NCBI GenBank assembly: GCA_900545515.1
Contig: UQZA01000002.1
Location: forward strand, 31,345 to 95,344
Direction: 5' to 3'
Length of the DNA: 64,000 nt
DNA from: an uncultured Eubacteriales bacterium
GTDB lineage: Bacteria > Bacillota > Clostridia > Oscillospirales > Oscillospiraceae
Positions 28,471-38,182 of the stretch are shown here, piece after piece. Positions within the stretch are counted from its first letter, which is position 1, and every line of letters begins with the position of its first letter. The position numbers and the translations under genes are program-made. The notes under the pieces were generated by a model. It saw nothing but the letters and a program-made list of their open reading frames with translations. It did no database searches and was not told where the DNA came from.

Positions 28471-29577
28471 GTGTTTACCATAGAAACCAACAATCCAAAC
28501 CGCGCCCTCATTGCCATGAGTGGCGGAGTGGATAGCTCTGTAGCGGCCTATCTCATGAAGCGGGCGGGGTATGACTGCGTGGGGGCCACCATGCGGCTGT
28601 ATGAAAATGAGGATGTAACCACACTCCGTACCGGGACCTGCTGTTCCCTGGAGGACGTAGAGGATGCCCGGGCTGTGGCGGCCCGGTTGGGGATGCCCTA
28701 CTACGTGTTCAACTTCAAAGAGGACTTCGGCCGGCAGGTCATGGATCGGTTTGTAGCGGCTTATGAGGGGGGCTGTACACCCAATCCCTGCATTGACTGC
28801 AACCGCTACCTAAAATTCGACCGGATGTACCGTCGGGCCCGGGAATTGGGCATTGGCTACGTGGTGACCGGCCACTATGCCCGGATTCAGCAGAGCGAAA
28901 CTGGCCGCTGGCTCCTGCTGAAGGGGCCGGACCCCCAGAAGGACCAGAGCTATGTGCTCTACGCCATGACCCAGGAGCAGTTGGCCCACACCCAATTCCC
29001 CCTGGGGACCCTTCGCAAAGAGGAAGTCCGGGCCATTGCCGAGGCCCAGGGCTTTGTCAACGCCAAAAAGCACGATAGTCAGGATATTTGCTTTGTCCCT
29101 GACGGAGATTACGCCGCCTTCATTCGCCGCCGGACCGGCAGGACCTATCCCGAGGGCAACTTTGTGGACCCGGAGGGCCATATTCTGGGACGGCACAAAG
29201 GCATCATCCATTACACCATTGGCCAGCGCCGCGGCCTGGGCGTCTCCGGCGGACGGCCCCTGTATGTCAAGGAAATTCAGCCAGAGGACAACACCGTGGT
29301 ACTGGCAGACGACTGTAGCCTGTATGAGCGCACCGCAATCGCCACAGACTTCAACTGGATTGCCCTGGAAGCCCCCGCTTCCCCCATCCGAGTCCAAGCC
29401 CGGGCCCGCTATCACCAGCCGGAGCAGGATGCCACCGCCACGGTCCTACCCGATGGACGGGTCCAAGTCACCTTCGACCACCCCCAACGGGCCCTGACTA
29501 AGGGACAAGCTATTGTGTTATATCAGGGGGACGTGGTTGTAGGCGGCGGCACCATTGTGGAAACCTGCAAAAGTTAA
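28471..29577 (+). CDS. mnmA: tRNA-specific 2-thiouridylase MnmA
   Basis: PP-loop AMSGGVDSSVAAYL, with C..C..NRYLKFD. The GTG start immediately follows an in-frame stop. Confidence 0.9.
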   Translation: MFTIETNNPNRALIAMSGGVDSSVAAYLMKRAGYDCVGATMRLYENEDVTTLRTGTCCSLEDVEDARAVAARLGMPYYVFNFKEDFGRQVMDRFVAAYEGGCTPNPCIDCNRYLKFDRMYRRARELGIGYVVTGHYARIQQSETGRWLLLKGPDPQKDQSYVLYAMTQEQLAHTQFPLGTLRKEEVRAIAEAQGFVNAKKHDSQDICFVPDGDYAAFIRRRTGRTYPEGNFVDPEGHILGRHKGIIHYTIGQRRGLGVSGGRPLYVKEIQPEDNTVVLADDCSLYERTAIATDFNWIALEAPASPIRVQARARYHQPEQDATATVLPDGRVQVTFDHPQRALTKGQAIVLYQGDVVVGGGTIVETCKS

Positions 29578-29599
29578 AATACAACACCTATGATTGAAA

Positions 29600-29642
29600 G
29601 CACCCTGGAGTCGGCCGTGATTGCCACTCCAGGGTGCTTTTT
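29600..29642. terminator. Hairpin terminator between convergent mnmA and purL
   Basis: GCACCCTGGAGT-N14-ACTCCAGGGTGC followed by TTTTT on the plus strand. Confidence 0.7.
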
Positions 29643-29645
29643 GCT

Positions 29646-32600
29646 TTATTTAAAGTACTTCACCGCAGACTCAAAGAGCTTCATATCGAACTCACCTGGC
29701 ACATTCTTATACAGGCCAAAGCCCTTCCGTTCGCTGTGGCCCATTTTGCCCAGGATGCGGCCGTCGGGGGAGGTGATGCCTTCGATGGCGTAGATGGAGC
29801 CGTTGGGGTTGAAGTGCACATCGGTGGTGGCATTCCCCGCCAGGTCCACATATTGGGTGGCAATCTGCCCCCGCGCTGCCAATTGCTTCACCAGGGCTTC
29901 CTCTGCCAGGAAGCGGCCCTCGCCGTGGGAAATAGGCACGGTGTACACCTCGCCCACCTGGGTACCCGAGAGCCAGGGACTCAGGTTAGAGGCCACCCGG
30001 GTACGCACCAGGCGGGACTGGTGGCGGCCAATGGTGTTGTAGGTCAGAGTGGGACAATCGGCATCGGTGTCTAGGATCTTGCCATAGGGCAGAAGGCCCA
30101 GCTTGATGAGGGCCTGGAAGCCGTTGCAGATGCCCAACATCAGACCGTCCCGCTCCTCCAACAGCGCTGTAATCGCTTCCTTAATGGCGGCATTGCGGAA
30201 AAAGGCGGTGATGAATTTGGCAGAGCCGTCCGGCTCATCCCCGCCGGAGAAGCCGCCGGGGAGGAAGACCATTTGCGTCTGCTTCAGCTTTCCGGCAAAT
30301 TCCTCCACACTTTGGGCAATGGCAGCAGCCGTCAGATTTCGGATGACAAAGATCTCCGCTTCTGCGCCTGCGTCTATCATGGCCTTGGCGGAATCATACT
30401 CACAGTTGGTACCGGGGAACACGGGAATCAGAACCTTCGGCCGGCCGGTTTTTGCCGCGGGGCAGACCCGGGTCTGGGCCTGGAAGGAGACGGTCTCTAC
30501 CGGAACCTGGGCGTCCGGAATATTACAGGAATACACCGGTTCCAACTTCTCTTCGTAGGCCTTCTGCAGGGCTACTCCATTTACGGATTCTCCGTGCCAG
30601 ACAAACCGGCTGTCCGGGCGGATGGTACCCAGCATCTTGCCCACCGGCTCATGCCCGTCCAGCTCCAGAACAAAGCTGCCATAGGCATAGCCAAACAAAT
30701 CCTCCATGGTGACCTTCTCATCAAAGTCAAAGCCGAACCCGTTGCCAAAGGCCATTTTCATCACTGCCTCTGCCGGGCCGCCCATACCGGGGGTGTATGC
30801 GGCCACCGCCGCGCCGGTGCGCAGGAGCTTGGTCACCAGCCGGAAATGGGCCAGCAGAGACTGGGGATCGGGCAGCCCGGCCTCGTTGTACTGCGGCTGC
30901 AGCAGGCAGACGGTGTGACCCGCCGCCTTGAACTCATTGGATACAATGTGCTGCACCTGCTCCGTGGTGACAGCAAAGGACACCAAGGTTGGCGGCACAT
31001 CCAGATCTTCAAAGGTACCGGACATAGAGTCCTTCCCACCAATGGCGGCGATTTTCAAATCCTTCTGGGCCTCAAAGGCGCCCAAGAGGGCTGCCAGGGG
31101 CTGGCTCCACCGCTTGGGATCCCGGCCCACCCGCTTGAAATACTCCTGGAAGGTGAGGTATACATCTTCGTAGGCTGCGCCGGTGGCCACCAGTTTGGCG
31201 GCGGACTCCACCACCGCCAAGTACGCCCCGTGATAGGGGCTCCTCTCGGTAATAAATGGGTTGTAGCCCCAGGACATGAGGGAACATGTATCGGTGTGTC
31301 CCTGCTCCAGGCTCACCTTGTGGACCATGGCCTGGATGGGGGTCTGCTGATGCTTGCCGCCGAAGGGCATGAGCACAGTCCCGGCTCCAATGGTGGAGTC
31401 AAACCGCTCCGACAGGCCCCGCTTGGAGCAGGTGTTCAAGTCTGTGGCAACAGCCTCCAGATTCTCCAGGAAGCCGCCAAAGACCGGCTTGGCATAGTCC
31501 CCCGGTGCATCCAGCTGAATGGTGATGTGCTTTTCTGCGCCGTTGGAGTTTAGGAATTCCCGGCTCACATCCACAATGGTGTTCCCGTTCCAGTGCATCC
31601 GCAGCCGGGGATTCTCCGTCACCGTGGCCACCACTGTGGCCTCCAGGTTTTCCCGAGCAGCCAGTTCCAGAAAGCGGTCCACATCGGAAGCAGCTACCAC
31701 CACCGCCATCCGCTCCTGGGACTCTGAAATGGCCAACTCCGTGCCGTCCAGACCGTCATATTTCTTGGGCACCCGGTTCAGGTCAATTTCCAAGCCATCG
31801 GCCAGCTCGCCAATGGCCACAGAGACGCCGCCAGCGCCGAAGTCGTTGCACCGCTTGATCATTCGGGTGGCTTCGCCGTTGCGGAACAGACGTTGAAGCT
31901 TCCGCTCCTCAGGGGCGTTGCCCTTCTGAACCTCTGCTCCGCAGGTTTCCAAGGAGTGAAGGTTGTGGCTTTTGGAGGAGCCGGTTGCACCGCCGCAGCC
32001 GTCCCGGCCTGTGCGGCCGCCCAGCAAAATCACCTGGTCGCCGGGAGCGGGACATTCCCGGCGCACATTCTTCTCCGGAACGGCAGCAATTACGGCGCCA
32101 ATTTCCATCCGCTTGGCCGCATAGCCCGGGTGGTAAATTTCATCCACCAAGCCGGTAGCCAGACCGATCTGATTGCCATAGGAGGAATAACCTGCGGCCG
32201 CTGTAGTCACCAGCTTCCGCTGAGGCAGCTTGCCAGGTAGGGTCTCCGACACCGGCGTCAAGGGATCCGCCGCACCGGTGACCCGCATGGCCCCATATAC
32301 ATAGGCCCGGCTGGCCAAAGGATCCCGAATGGCGCCGCCAATGCAGGTGGCCGCGCCGCCGAAAGGCTCAATCTCTGTGGGGTGGTTGTGGGTTTCGTTT
32401 TTGAAGAGCAAGAGCCAGGGCTGATCCTCCCCGTCCACGGTGACAGTCATATGGACGGTGCAGGCGTTGATCTCCTCACTCTCGTCCAGTTTATCCAAAT
32501 AGCCGTTTTTGCGCAGATATTTGGCCGCCAGGGTGCCGATGTCCATGAGGTTTACAGGCTTTGTTCTGCCCAATTCTTTCCGGGTCTCCAAATAGTCATT

Positions 32601-33332
32601 GTAGGCTGCCTGCAGCAGAGGATCTGCAAATTTCACCTGGTCAATGGTGGTGAGGAAGGTGGTATGGCGGCAGTGATCGGACCAGTAGGTGTCGATCATG
32701 CGGATTTCCGTAATGGTGGGGCAGCGGCCTTCCCGGCGGAAATAGGCCTGACAGAAGGCAATATCGTCCAGGTCCATAGCCAGGCCCAGCTTCGTCACCA
32801 GCGCCTGCAGGCCGGCCCGATCCAGATCCAGGAAGCCTTCCAAGGTTGCTACCTCTTGGGGAATGGCATAATTCATCTTTAAGGTTTCCGGTTTCTCCAA
32901 CGCCGCCTCCCGGGCCTCCACCGGGTTGATGACGTACTTCTTAATGGCATCCACATCTGCGCTGGATAGTTCACCTGCCAGCACGTACACTTTAGCGGTA
33001 CGAACGGTGGGCCGCTCCCCCTGGGAGATGATCTGGATGCACTGGGCGGCGGAGTCGGCTCGCTGGTCAAACTGTCCGGGGAGGTACTCCACGGCAAAGA
33101 CCGCTCCCTGGGCCTGGATGGTCTCTGAGACCGTGTCCAGCTGAGGCTCGGAAAACACCGTCTTCACGGCGTAGTCAAACAGGTCTTTTTCAATGTTCTC
33201 CACATCGTAGCGGTTGATGATCCGGACCCCAGTCAGGCTCCGGATTTGCAGGAGCTCTCTGGCCTCATGGAGCAGATCCGCAGCCTCCTTGGCCAGGTCC
33301 TTCTTTTTTTCTACGTAAATTCGGTAAACCAT
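29646..33332 (-). CDS. purL: Phosphoribosylformylglycinamidine synthase, single-chain large form
   Basis: 1228 aa with FGAM synthetase AIR-synthase-like domains and a C-terminal glutamine amidotransferase (GICNGFQAL). Confidence 0.95.
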   Translation of the reverse strand: MVYRIYVEKKKDLAKEAADLLHEARELLQIRSLTGVRIINRYDVENIEKDLFDYAVKTVFSEPQLDTVSETIQAQGAVFAVEYLPGQFDQRADSAAQCIQIISQGERPTVRTAKVYVLAGELSSADVDAIKKYVINPVEAREAALEKPETLKMNYAIPQEVATLEGFLDLDRAGLQALVTKLGLAMDLDDIAFCQAYFRREGRCPTITEIRMIDTYWSDHCRHTTFLTTIDQVKFADPLLQAAYNDYLETRKELGRTKPVNLMDIGTLAAKYLRKNGYLDKLDESEEINACTVHMTVTVDGEDQPWLLLFKNETHNHPTEIEPFGGAATCIGGAIRDPLASRAYVYGAMRVTGAADPLTPVSETLPGKLPQRKLVTTAAAGYSSYGNQIGLATGLVDEIYHPGYAAKRMEIGAVIAAVPEKNVRRECPAPGDQVILLGGRTGRDGCGGATGSSKSHNLHSLETCGAEVQKGNAPEERKLQRLFRNGEATRMIKRCNDFGAGGVSVAIGELADGLEIDLNRVPKKYDGLDGTELAISESQERMAVVVAASDVDRFLELAARENLEATVVATVTENPRLRMHWNGNTIVDVSREFLNSNGAEKHITIQLDAPGDYAKPVFGGFLENLEAVATDLNTCSKRGLSERFDSTIGAGTVLMPFGGKHQQTPIQAMVHKVSLEQGHTDTCSLMSWGYNPFITERSPYHGAYLAVVESAAKLVATGAAYEDVYLTFQEYFKRVGRDPKRWSQPLAALLGAFEAQKDLKIAAIGGKDSMSGTFEDLDVPPTLVSFAVTTEQVQHIVSNEFKAAGHTVCLLQPQYNEAGLPDPQSLLAHFRLVTKLLRTGAAVAAYTPGMGGPAEAVMKMAFGNGFGFDFDEKVTMEDLFGYAYGSFVLELDGHEPVGKMLGTIRPDSRFVWHGESVNGVALQKAYEEKLEPVYSCNIPDAQVPVETVSFQAQTRVCPAAKTGRPKVLIPVFPGTNCEYDSAKAMIDAGAEAEIFVIRNLTAAAIAQSVEEFAGKLKQTQMVFLPGGFSGGDEPDGSAKFITAFFRNAAIKEAITALLEERDGLMLGICNGFQALIKLGLLPYGKILDTDADCPTLTYNTIGRHQSRLVRTRVASNLSPWLSGTQVGEVYTVPISHGEGRFLAEEALVKQLAARGQIATQYVDLAGNATTDVHFNPNGSIYAIEGITSPDGRILGKMGHSERKGFGLYKNVPGEFDMKLFESAVKYFK

Positions 33333-33358
33333 GGGGTATCCTCCCTATTACCACAAGT

Positions 33359-34942
33359 TTATTTGCTTTTGTACTGCTGCTCCAGGGAGCCCTGGAGCAG
33401 CGCCATTTGAAGTTCCGCCAGGTTGTTGGGGGCGTCCGGATCACCGTGGCGGGCCGCCCGCAGGGTCCAGTACAGGGCTTTGCCCAAGTCCCGGGCTACG
33501 CCCTGGCCCATCCAATAGAAGTAGCCGACCTGGCATTCTGCCAGAGAATAGCCTTGAAGCGCCAACTCCATGCAGCCATGAAAGCAGGTGACGAAATCGC
33601 CCTTGCAGTAGTGATTTTCAATCAGCTCATTGACCCGGTGCAACTCCGGGCAGTCCTCATAGACCCACGTGGCGGGGGGAACCGGCGCTTGCAACGCTCT
33701 GGCGCCGATGTCGCTTCTGCGGTAGGCGTTGTCGAATTGTACTTCCCCGGCCAAACGGTAGGCCTCTGCAATGGCCTGTTCCAAAGTGTCTGCCACGGCA
33801 GTGGTGCCGGTAACCCGGCCCCCGGAAGTGACCAGTTTCCCATCCACCAGCTTGGCCCCGGCCACGTAGGTGTGAGCGGCGGCCTCCGGCGTCATGGTGA
33901 GGAGAAAGCCCTTTTCATAGGACAGGGGATAACCTCGGGAGGCGTTGATGACGCAGCAGGCGGATTTGTCCGAACACCTCACTTCCGTCTGCGCCAATGT
34001 ACCAAAGGTGGTGGCCTGCATCACGGTCAGAAGGTCAGACTCCAAAAGGGGAAGCACCACCTGGGTCTCCGGGTCGCCAAAGCGGCAGTTGTACTCAATG
34101 ACCTTGGGGCCGTCCCGGGTGAGCATCAGACCAAAATACAGGCAACCGGTGAAAGGCCGTCCCTCTTCTGCCATGGCCCGGACGGTGGGCAGGAAAATTT
34201 CTTCCATACACTGCAGAGCCACCTGGGGGGTGTAGTAGGGATTGGGGGCGACTGTTCCCATGCCCCCGGTGTTGAGGCCCTGATCTCCATCCTGAGCCCG
34301 CTTATGGTCCATGGAGGATACCATAGGCTTTACGGTTTTGCCGTCCGTAAATGCCAGTACGGAAACCTCCGGTCCTTCCAGGAACTCCTCAATGACCACT
34401 GTGGAACCGCTTTTTCCAAATTTGGCATTCGCCATCATATCGGTGACTGCATTCACAGCCTCCTCCCGGGTCTGGCAGATGAGGACGCCCTTCCCCAGGG
34501 CCAGGCCGTCGGCCTTGACCACCAGGGGAAGCGGCTGCGCCTGGACGTAGTCCAGCGCTGCCTGTAAATCAGAGAAGGTCTCATACCGGGCAGTGGGAAT
34601 GTGGTACTTTTTCATCAGGTCCTTGGCAAAGGCCTTGCTGCCCTCAATGACGGCGGCGTTTTGCTTGGGTCCAAAGCAGGGCACCCCAATTTCATTCAGC
34701 CGGTCCACACAGCCCAGGACCAGGGGATCGTCCGGGGTGACCACGGCATAATCCACAGGATGCTCCTTGACAAACTGCACAATGCCGTCCAGGTCCGTAG
34801 CGCCGATGGGCACACAGGTGGCGTCCGCAGAGATACCGCCGTTGCCGGGCAGGGCAAAAATCTCTGTGACGGCAGGGCTTTCTTTTAATTTCTTGATGAT
34901 GGCGTGTTCCCGGCCGCCACCGCCAACCACTAAAATCTTCAT
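33359..34942 (-). CDS. purD: Phosphoribosylamine--glycine ligase with a ~100-aa C-terminal Sel1-like repeat extension
   Basis: PurD ATP-grasp core (MKILVVGGGGREHAI...) through about aa 428. The extension, nt 33359-33658, contains GYFYWMGQGVARDLGKALYWTLRAARHGD. Confidence 0.9.
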   Translation of the reverse strand: MKILVVGGGGREHAIIKKLKESPAVTEIFALPGNGGISADATCVPIGATDLDGIVQFVKEHPVDYAVVTPDDPLVLGCVDRLNEIGVPCFGPKQNAAVIEGSKAFAKDLMKKYHIPTARYETFSDLQAALDYVQAQPLPLVVKADGLALGKGVLICQTREEAVNAVTDMMANAKFGKSGSTVVIEEFLEGPEVSVLAFTDGKTVKPMVSSMDHKRAQDGDQGLNTGGMGTVAPNPYYTPQVALQCMEEIFLPTVRAMAEEGRPFTGCLYFGLMLTRDGPKVIEYNCRFGDPETQVVLPLLESDLLTVMQATTFGTLAQTEVRCSDKSACCVINASRGYPLSYEKGFLLTMTPEAAAHTYVAGAKLVDGKLVTSGGRVTGTTAVADTLEQAIAEAYRLAGEVQFDNAYRRSDIGARALQAPVPPATWVYEDCPELHRVNELIENHYCKGDFVTCFHGCMELALQGYSLAECQVGYFYWMGQGVARDLGKALYWTLRAARHGDPDAPNNLAELQMALLQGSLEQQYKSK

Positions 34943-34959
34943 GCTGTCCTCCTAATGGT

Positions 34960-36144
34960 TTAATGGTGGAACAGCCGCATTCCAGTAAAGGCCATAACCA
35001 TGTCGTTCTTGTCGCATTCTTCGATGACCAGGTCATCCCGAATGGAACCGCCGGGCTGGGCCACGTAGCGCACACCGGACTTGAGGGCCCGCTTGATGTT
35101 GTCCGGGAAGGGGAAGAAGGCATCCGAGCCCAGGGAGACGTTCTGCCGGGTGGCCAGGAACTCCCGCTTCTCTTCCTCGGTCAGGGGCTCCGGACGCTGG
35201 GTAAAGTAGTTCTGCCAAATGCCCTCGGCGCAGACGTCCTCTTCGTTGCCGTTGATATAGCCGTCAATTACATTGTCCCGGTTGGGCCGGCCCAGGTCCG
35301 GCTTGAAGGGCAGGGCCAGGGTCTTGGGATGCTGCCGCAGGAACCAGGTGTCGGCTTTGGAGCCTGCCAGACGGGTGCAGTGAATCCGGGATTGCTGTCC
35401 CGCACCCACGCCAATGGCCTGGCCGTCATAGGCAAAGCAAACGGAGTTGGACTGGGTGTATTTGAGGGTGATGAGGGAGACAATCAGGTCCCGTTTTGCG
35501 CCTTCGGGCAGGTCCTTGTTCTGGGTGACGATGTGGTTCAGGAGCTCTCCGTCAATTTTGAAGTTGTTCCGCCCCTGCTGGAAGGTGACGCCATAGACCT
35601 GCTTCTCCTCCTGCTGCGCCGGGACATAGTTCGGGTCAATGGCCACCACATTGTAGCTGCCCTTCCGCTTGGTCTTCAGGATTTCCAGGGCTTCCTCGCT
35701 GTAGCCGGGGGCAATGACCCCGTCGGACACCTCCCGGGCGATGAGGGAAGCGGTAAGGGCGTCACAGGGATCGGACAGAGCGACCCAGTCCCCAAAGGAA
35801 CACATCCGGTCGGTGCCACGGGCCCGGGCATAGGCGCAAGCCAGGGGATTTTCATCCAGGCCCGCCACATCCTCCACAAAGCAGGCCTTCTTCAACTCCT
35901 CTGGCAGGGGAAGGCCCACGGCGGCGGAGGTGGGAGAGACGTGCTTAAAGGAAGTGGCGCAGGGAAGGCCTGTGGCGGTCTTCAACTCCTTGACCAGCTG
36001 ATAGGAGTTCAGAGCGTCCAGGAAATTGATATAGCCGGGCCGGCCGTTCAGGATGGTTACCGGCAGGTCAGAACCGTCGGCCATATAGATTTTGGCAGGC
36101 TTCTGGTTGGGGTTACAGCCGTACTTCAGTTCAAATTCTTTCAT
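34960..36144 (-). CDS. purH: AICAR formyltransferase (PurH AICARFT domain only, 394 aa)
   Basis: LKYGCNPNQKPA...GIGAGQQSRIHCTRLA matches the AICARFT domain. No MGS-like IMP cyclohydrolase domain is present. Confidence 0.85.
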   Translation of the reverse strand: MKEFELKYGCNPNQKPAKIYMADGSDLPVTILNGRPGYINFLDALNSYQLVKELKTATGLPCATSFKHVSPTSAAVGLPLPEELKKACFVEDVAGLDENPLACAYARARGTDRMCSFGDWVALSDPCDALTASLIAREVSDGVIAPGYSEEALEILKTKRKGSYNVVAIDPNYVPAQQEEKQVYGVTFQQGRNNFKIDGELLNHIVTQNKDLPEGAKRDLIVSLITLKYTQSNSVCFAYDGQAIGVGAGQQSRIHCTRLAGSKADTWFLRQHPKTLALPFKPDLGRPNRDNVIDGYINGNEEDVCAEGIWQNYFTQRPEPLTEEEKREFLATRQNVSLGSDAFFPFPDNIKRALKSGVRYVAQPGGSIRDDLVIEECDKNDMVMAFTGMRLFHH

Positions 36145-36147
36145 GGT

Positions 36148-37584
36148 TTATACCCTCAATTCTACGGTTAAATTTTCATTTCCATACTGCTCCAGGAGAG
36201 GCCGTACCACATCCCGGAGGAACTCCGTCACCTGACTGCCGGAGCGGCCGGTGTAGGCCTTGGGGTCCAGCTGCTCCAGGATCTCCGCCTTGGTCAGGGG
36301 GAACATGGGGTCTGCTGCAATGCGGTCAATGAGGTCATTTTGCCCACCCTCCAGCTTTACCCGGGCGGCGGCAGCGTGAGAGTGAACCCGCAGCGCCTCA
36401 TGTAGCTCCTGCCGGTTTCCGCCCCGCTTGACGGATTCCATCATGATGTTTTCCGTGGCCATAAAGGGCAGCTTCTCCATCACCCGGCGCTCTACCACCT
36501 TGTCATTGACCACCAGGCCGGAGGAGACATTCATATAGATGTTCAAAATGGCATCCACCGCCAGGAAGGCCTCCGCCACAGAGATCCGCTTGTTGGCGGA
36601 GTCGTCCAGGGTGCGCTCAAACCACTGGGTTCCGGCGGTGAGGCCGGGGTTCAGACTGTCGCAGATGACATACCGGGCCAGGGCGCAAATGCGTTCGGAC
36701 CGCATGGGGTTGCGCTTATAGGGCATGGCGGAGGAGCCGATCTGGTTCTTTTCAAATGGCTCTTCCATCTCCTCAAAGGACTGCAAAATCCGCAGGTCAT
36801 TGGCAAATTTCATGGCGCTCTGGGCAATGCCGGACAGAGCGCCCAGGAAATAGGCGTCTACCTTCCGGGAATAGGTTTGACCCGACACCGGGACCACCCC
36901 GGCAAAGCCCATGTCCCCGGCAATGAGCCGCTCCATTTCCTTAATTTTCTCCTCGTTTCCTTCGAACAGCTCCATAAAGGAGGCCTGGGTACCGGTGGTC
37001 CCCTTGGAGCCCAGGAGCTTCAGGTTGGACAGCTGATACGCCAGATTTTCCATATCCTGGGTCAGCTCATAGATCCACAGGGTGGCCCGCTTGCCCACGG
37101 TGGTGAGCTGGGCAGGCTGCAGATGGGTATAGCCCAGGCAGGGCTGGTCCCTGTGGGCTTCGGCAAAGGCGGCCAGATTTTTCACCACCTGGGCGCACTT
37201 CTTAAGCGTCAGGCGGCTGGCCTCCCGGAGGATCACCACATCGGTGTTGTCTCCTACATAGCAGCTGGTCGCCCCCAGGTGGATGATCCCCGCCGCCTTG
37301 GGGCACTGCTGCCCATAGGCATAGACGTGGCTCATCACATCGTGACGCACCAAACGCTCCCGCTCCTCGGCCACGGCGTAATTGATGTCGTCCTTATGCG
37401 CTTCCAGCTCTGCGATCTGCTCCTCTGTGATCTCCAGCCCCAGCTGCCGCTCCGCCTTGGCCAACGCGATCCACAGCCGCCGCCAGGTGCGGAATTTAAA
37501 ATTCTCCGAGAAAATATGCTGCATCTCAGCACTGGCATACCGGGTGGACAGAGGAGAAATATAGGCGTCATGATTTCGTTCCAT
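36148..37584 (-). CDS. purB: Adenylosuccinate lyase
   Basis: 478 aa with the fumarate-lyase signature GSSAMPYKRNP. Confidence 0.95.
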   Translation of the reverse strand: MERNHDAYISPLSTRYASAEMQHIFSENFKFRTWRRLWIALAKAERQLGLEITEEQIAELEAHKDDINYAVAEERERLVRHDVMSHVYAYGQQCPKAAGIIHLGATSCYVGDNTDVVILREASRLTLKKCAQVVKNLAAFAEAHRDQPCLGYTHLQPAQLTTVGKRATLWIYELTQDMENLAYQLSNLKLLGSKGTTGTQASFMELFEGNEEKIKEMERLIAGDMGFAGVVPVSGQTYSRKVDAYFLGALSGIAQSAMKFANDLRILQSFEEMEEPFEKNQIGSSAMPYKRNPMRSERICALARYVICDSLNPGLTAGTQWFERTLDDSANKRISVAEAFLAVDAILNIYMNVSSGLVVNDKVVERRVMEKLPFMATENIMMESVKRGGNRQELHEALRVHSHAAAARVKLEGGQNDLIDRIAADPMFPLTKAEILEQLDPKAYTGRSGSQVTEFLRDVVRPLLEQYGNENLTVELRV

Positions 37585-37639
37585 ACCATAACCTCGCTCT
37601 CTTAAGCTGATTGCATGTTCCGTTCTATGGTTATGTGAC

Positions 37640-38182
37640 CTACTTTCTCATAGGGGCGGACCCATGTGTCCGCCCGTCTCCAGCCTCCATAAGTCCATGC
37701 TTCACGGCCCATCGCAAAGGATTCTCTTGAATATAGGCACCGACTTCCTCAAAGTCCCTCTGGTTCCGAATCACATGGTCATAATATCCCCACTGCCACA
37801 GCCTGTTTGTAAAAGGCGGAAATCCATTTGTTTTCACGCCACGAATATAGGCATTTGTCGTTTGGGTTTTCAACCACTGTATCATTTGAGGTAGGTTGGC
37901 ATTCTCTTCCCGCTCTGGTCCTCGCAAGAGGATATGCACGTGGTCCGGCATCACAACAGATGCAATCAATTGAACCCCTTGAAATTTCTCCTCCAGCTTC
38001 TTGACCCATTGGGCCACCATCTGTCCAGGCGGGCTCGGGCGGACACATGGGTCCGCCCCTACGGACAGAATTTGAACGCTTCCCAAAAGGGGAAGCCGGT
38101 TCTGCGTGCAAAATGTGACAAAATAGACATATGCTCCAGCATAGGCAAAATCGGCAAGGCGCAGATTATGTCGCTGCTGCAT
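37640..38182 (-). CDS. tnpA: IS200/IS605-family HUH tyrosine transposase (REP-associated, RAYT-like)
   Basis: YVYFVTFCTQNRLPLL (first strand), VMPDHVHILL (HUH motif), WQWGYYDHVIRN (catalytic Tyr region). Its start codon overlaps the purO stop (TAATG). Confidence 0.75.
   Translation of the reverse strand: MQQRHNLRLADFAYAGAYVYFVTFCTQNRLPLLGSVQILSVGADPCVRPSPPGQMVAQWVKKLEEKFQGVQLIASVVMPDHVHILLRGPEREENANLPQMIQWLKTQTTNAYIRGVKTNGFPPFTNRLWQWGYYDHVIRNQRDFEEVGAYIQENPLRWAVKHGLMEAGDGRTHGSAPMRK
37654..37675. repeat. REP-like hairpin (8-bp GC stem, 6-nt loop), copy 1
   Basis: GGGCGGAC CCATGT GTCCGCCC. Confidence 0.7.
38042..38063. repeat. REP-like hairpin, copy 2 (inverted copy of copy 1)
   Basis: GGGCGGAC ACATGG GTCCGCCC, lying inside the transposase N-terminal coding region (codes GADPCVRP). 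Confidence 0.7.

Larger units (their letters stand above)
37640..38182 (-). mobile_element. Minimal IS200/RAYT-type element inserted inside the pur operon, bounded by inverted 22-nt hairpins
   Basis: GGGCGGACCCATGTGTCCGCCC at about 37654-37675. Its exact reverse complement GGGCGGACACATGGGTCCGCCC at about 38042-38063. Confidence 0.6.

Noticed and set aside
30273-31553. 426-aa plus-strand ORF, and similar ones at 33407-34567, 34963-36171, 43025-44386, 2076-3026, 11615-12697, 17289-18179, 38131-38877, 45797-46450, 56099-57055 and 60857-61702
   Set aside because: All are antisense to well-supported genes (purL, purD, purH, purF', nifS, serS, dusB, purO, SDR, ask, ffh) and have low-complexity GC-frame composition.
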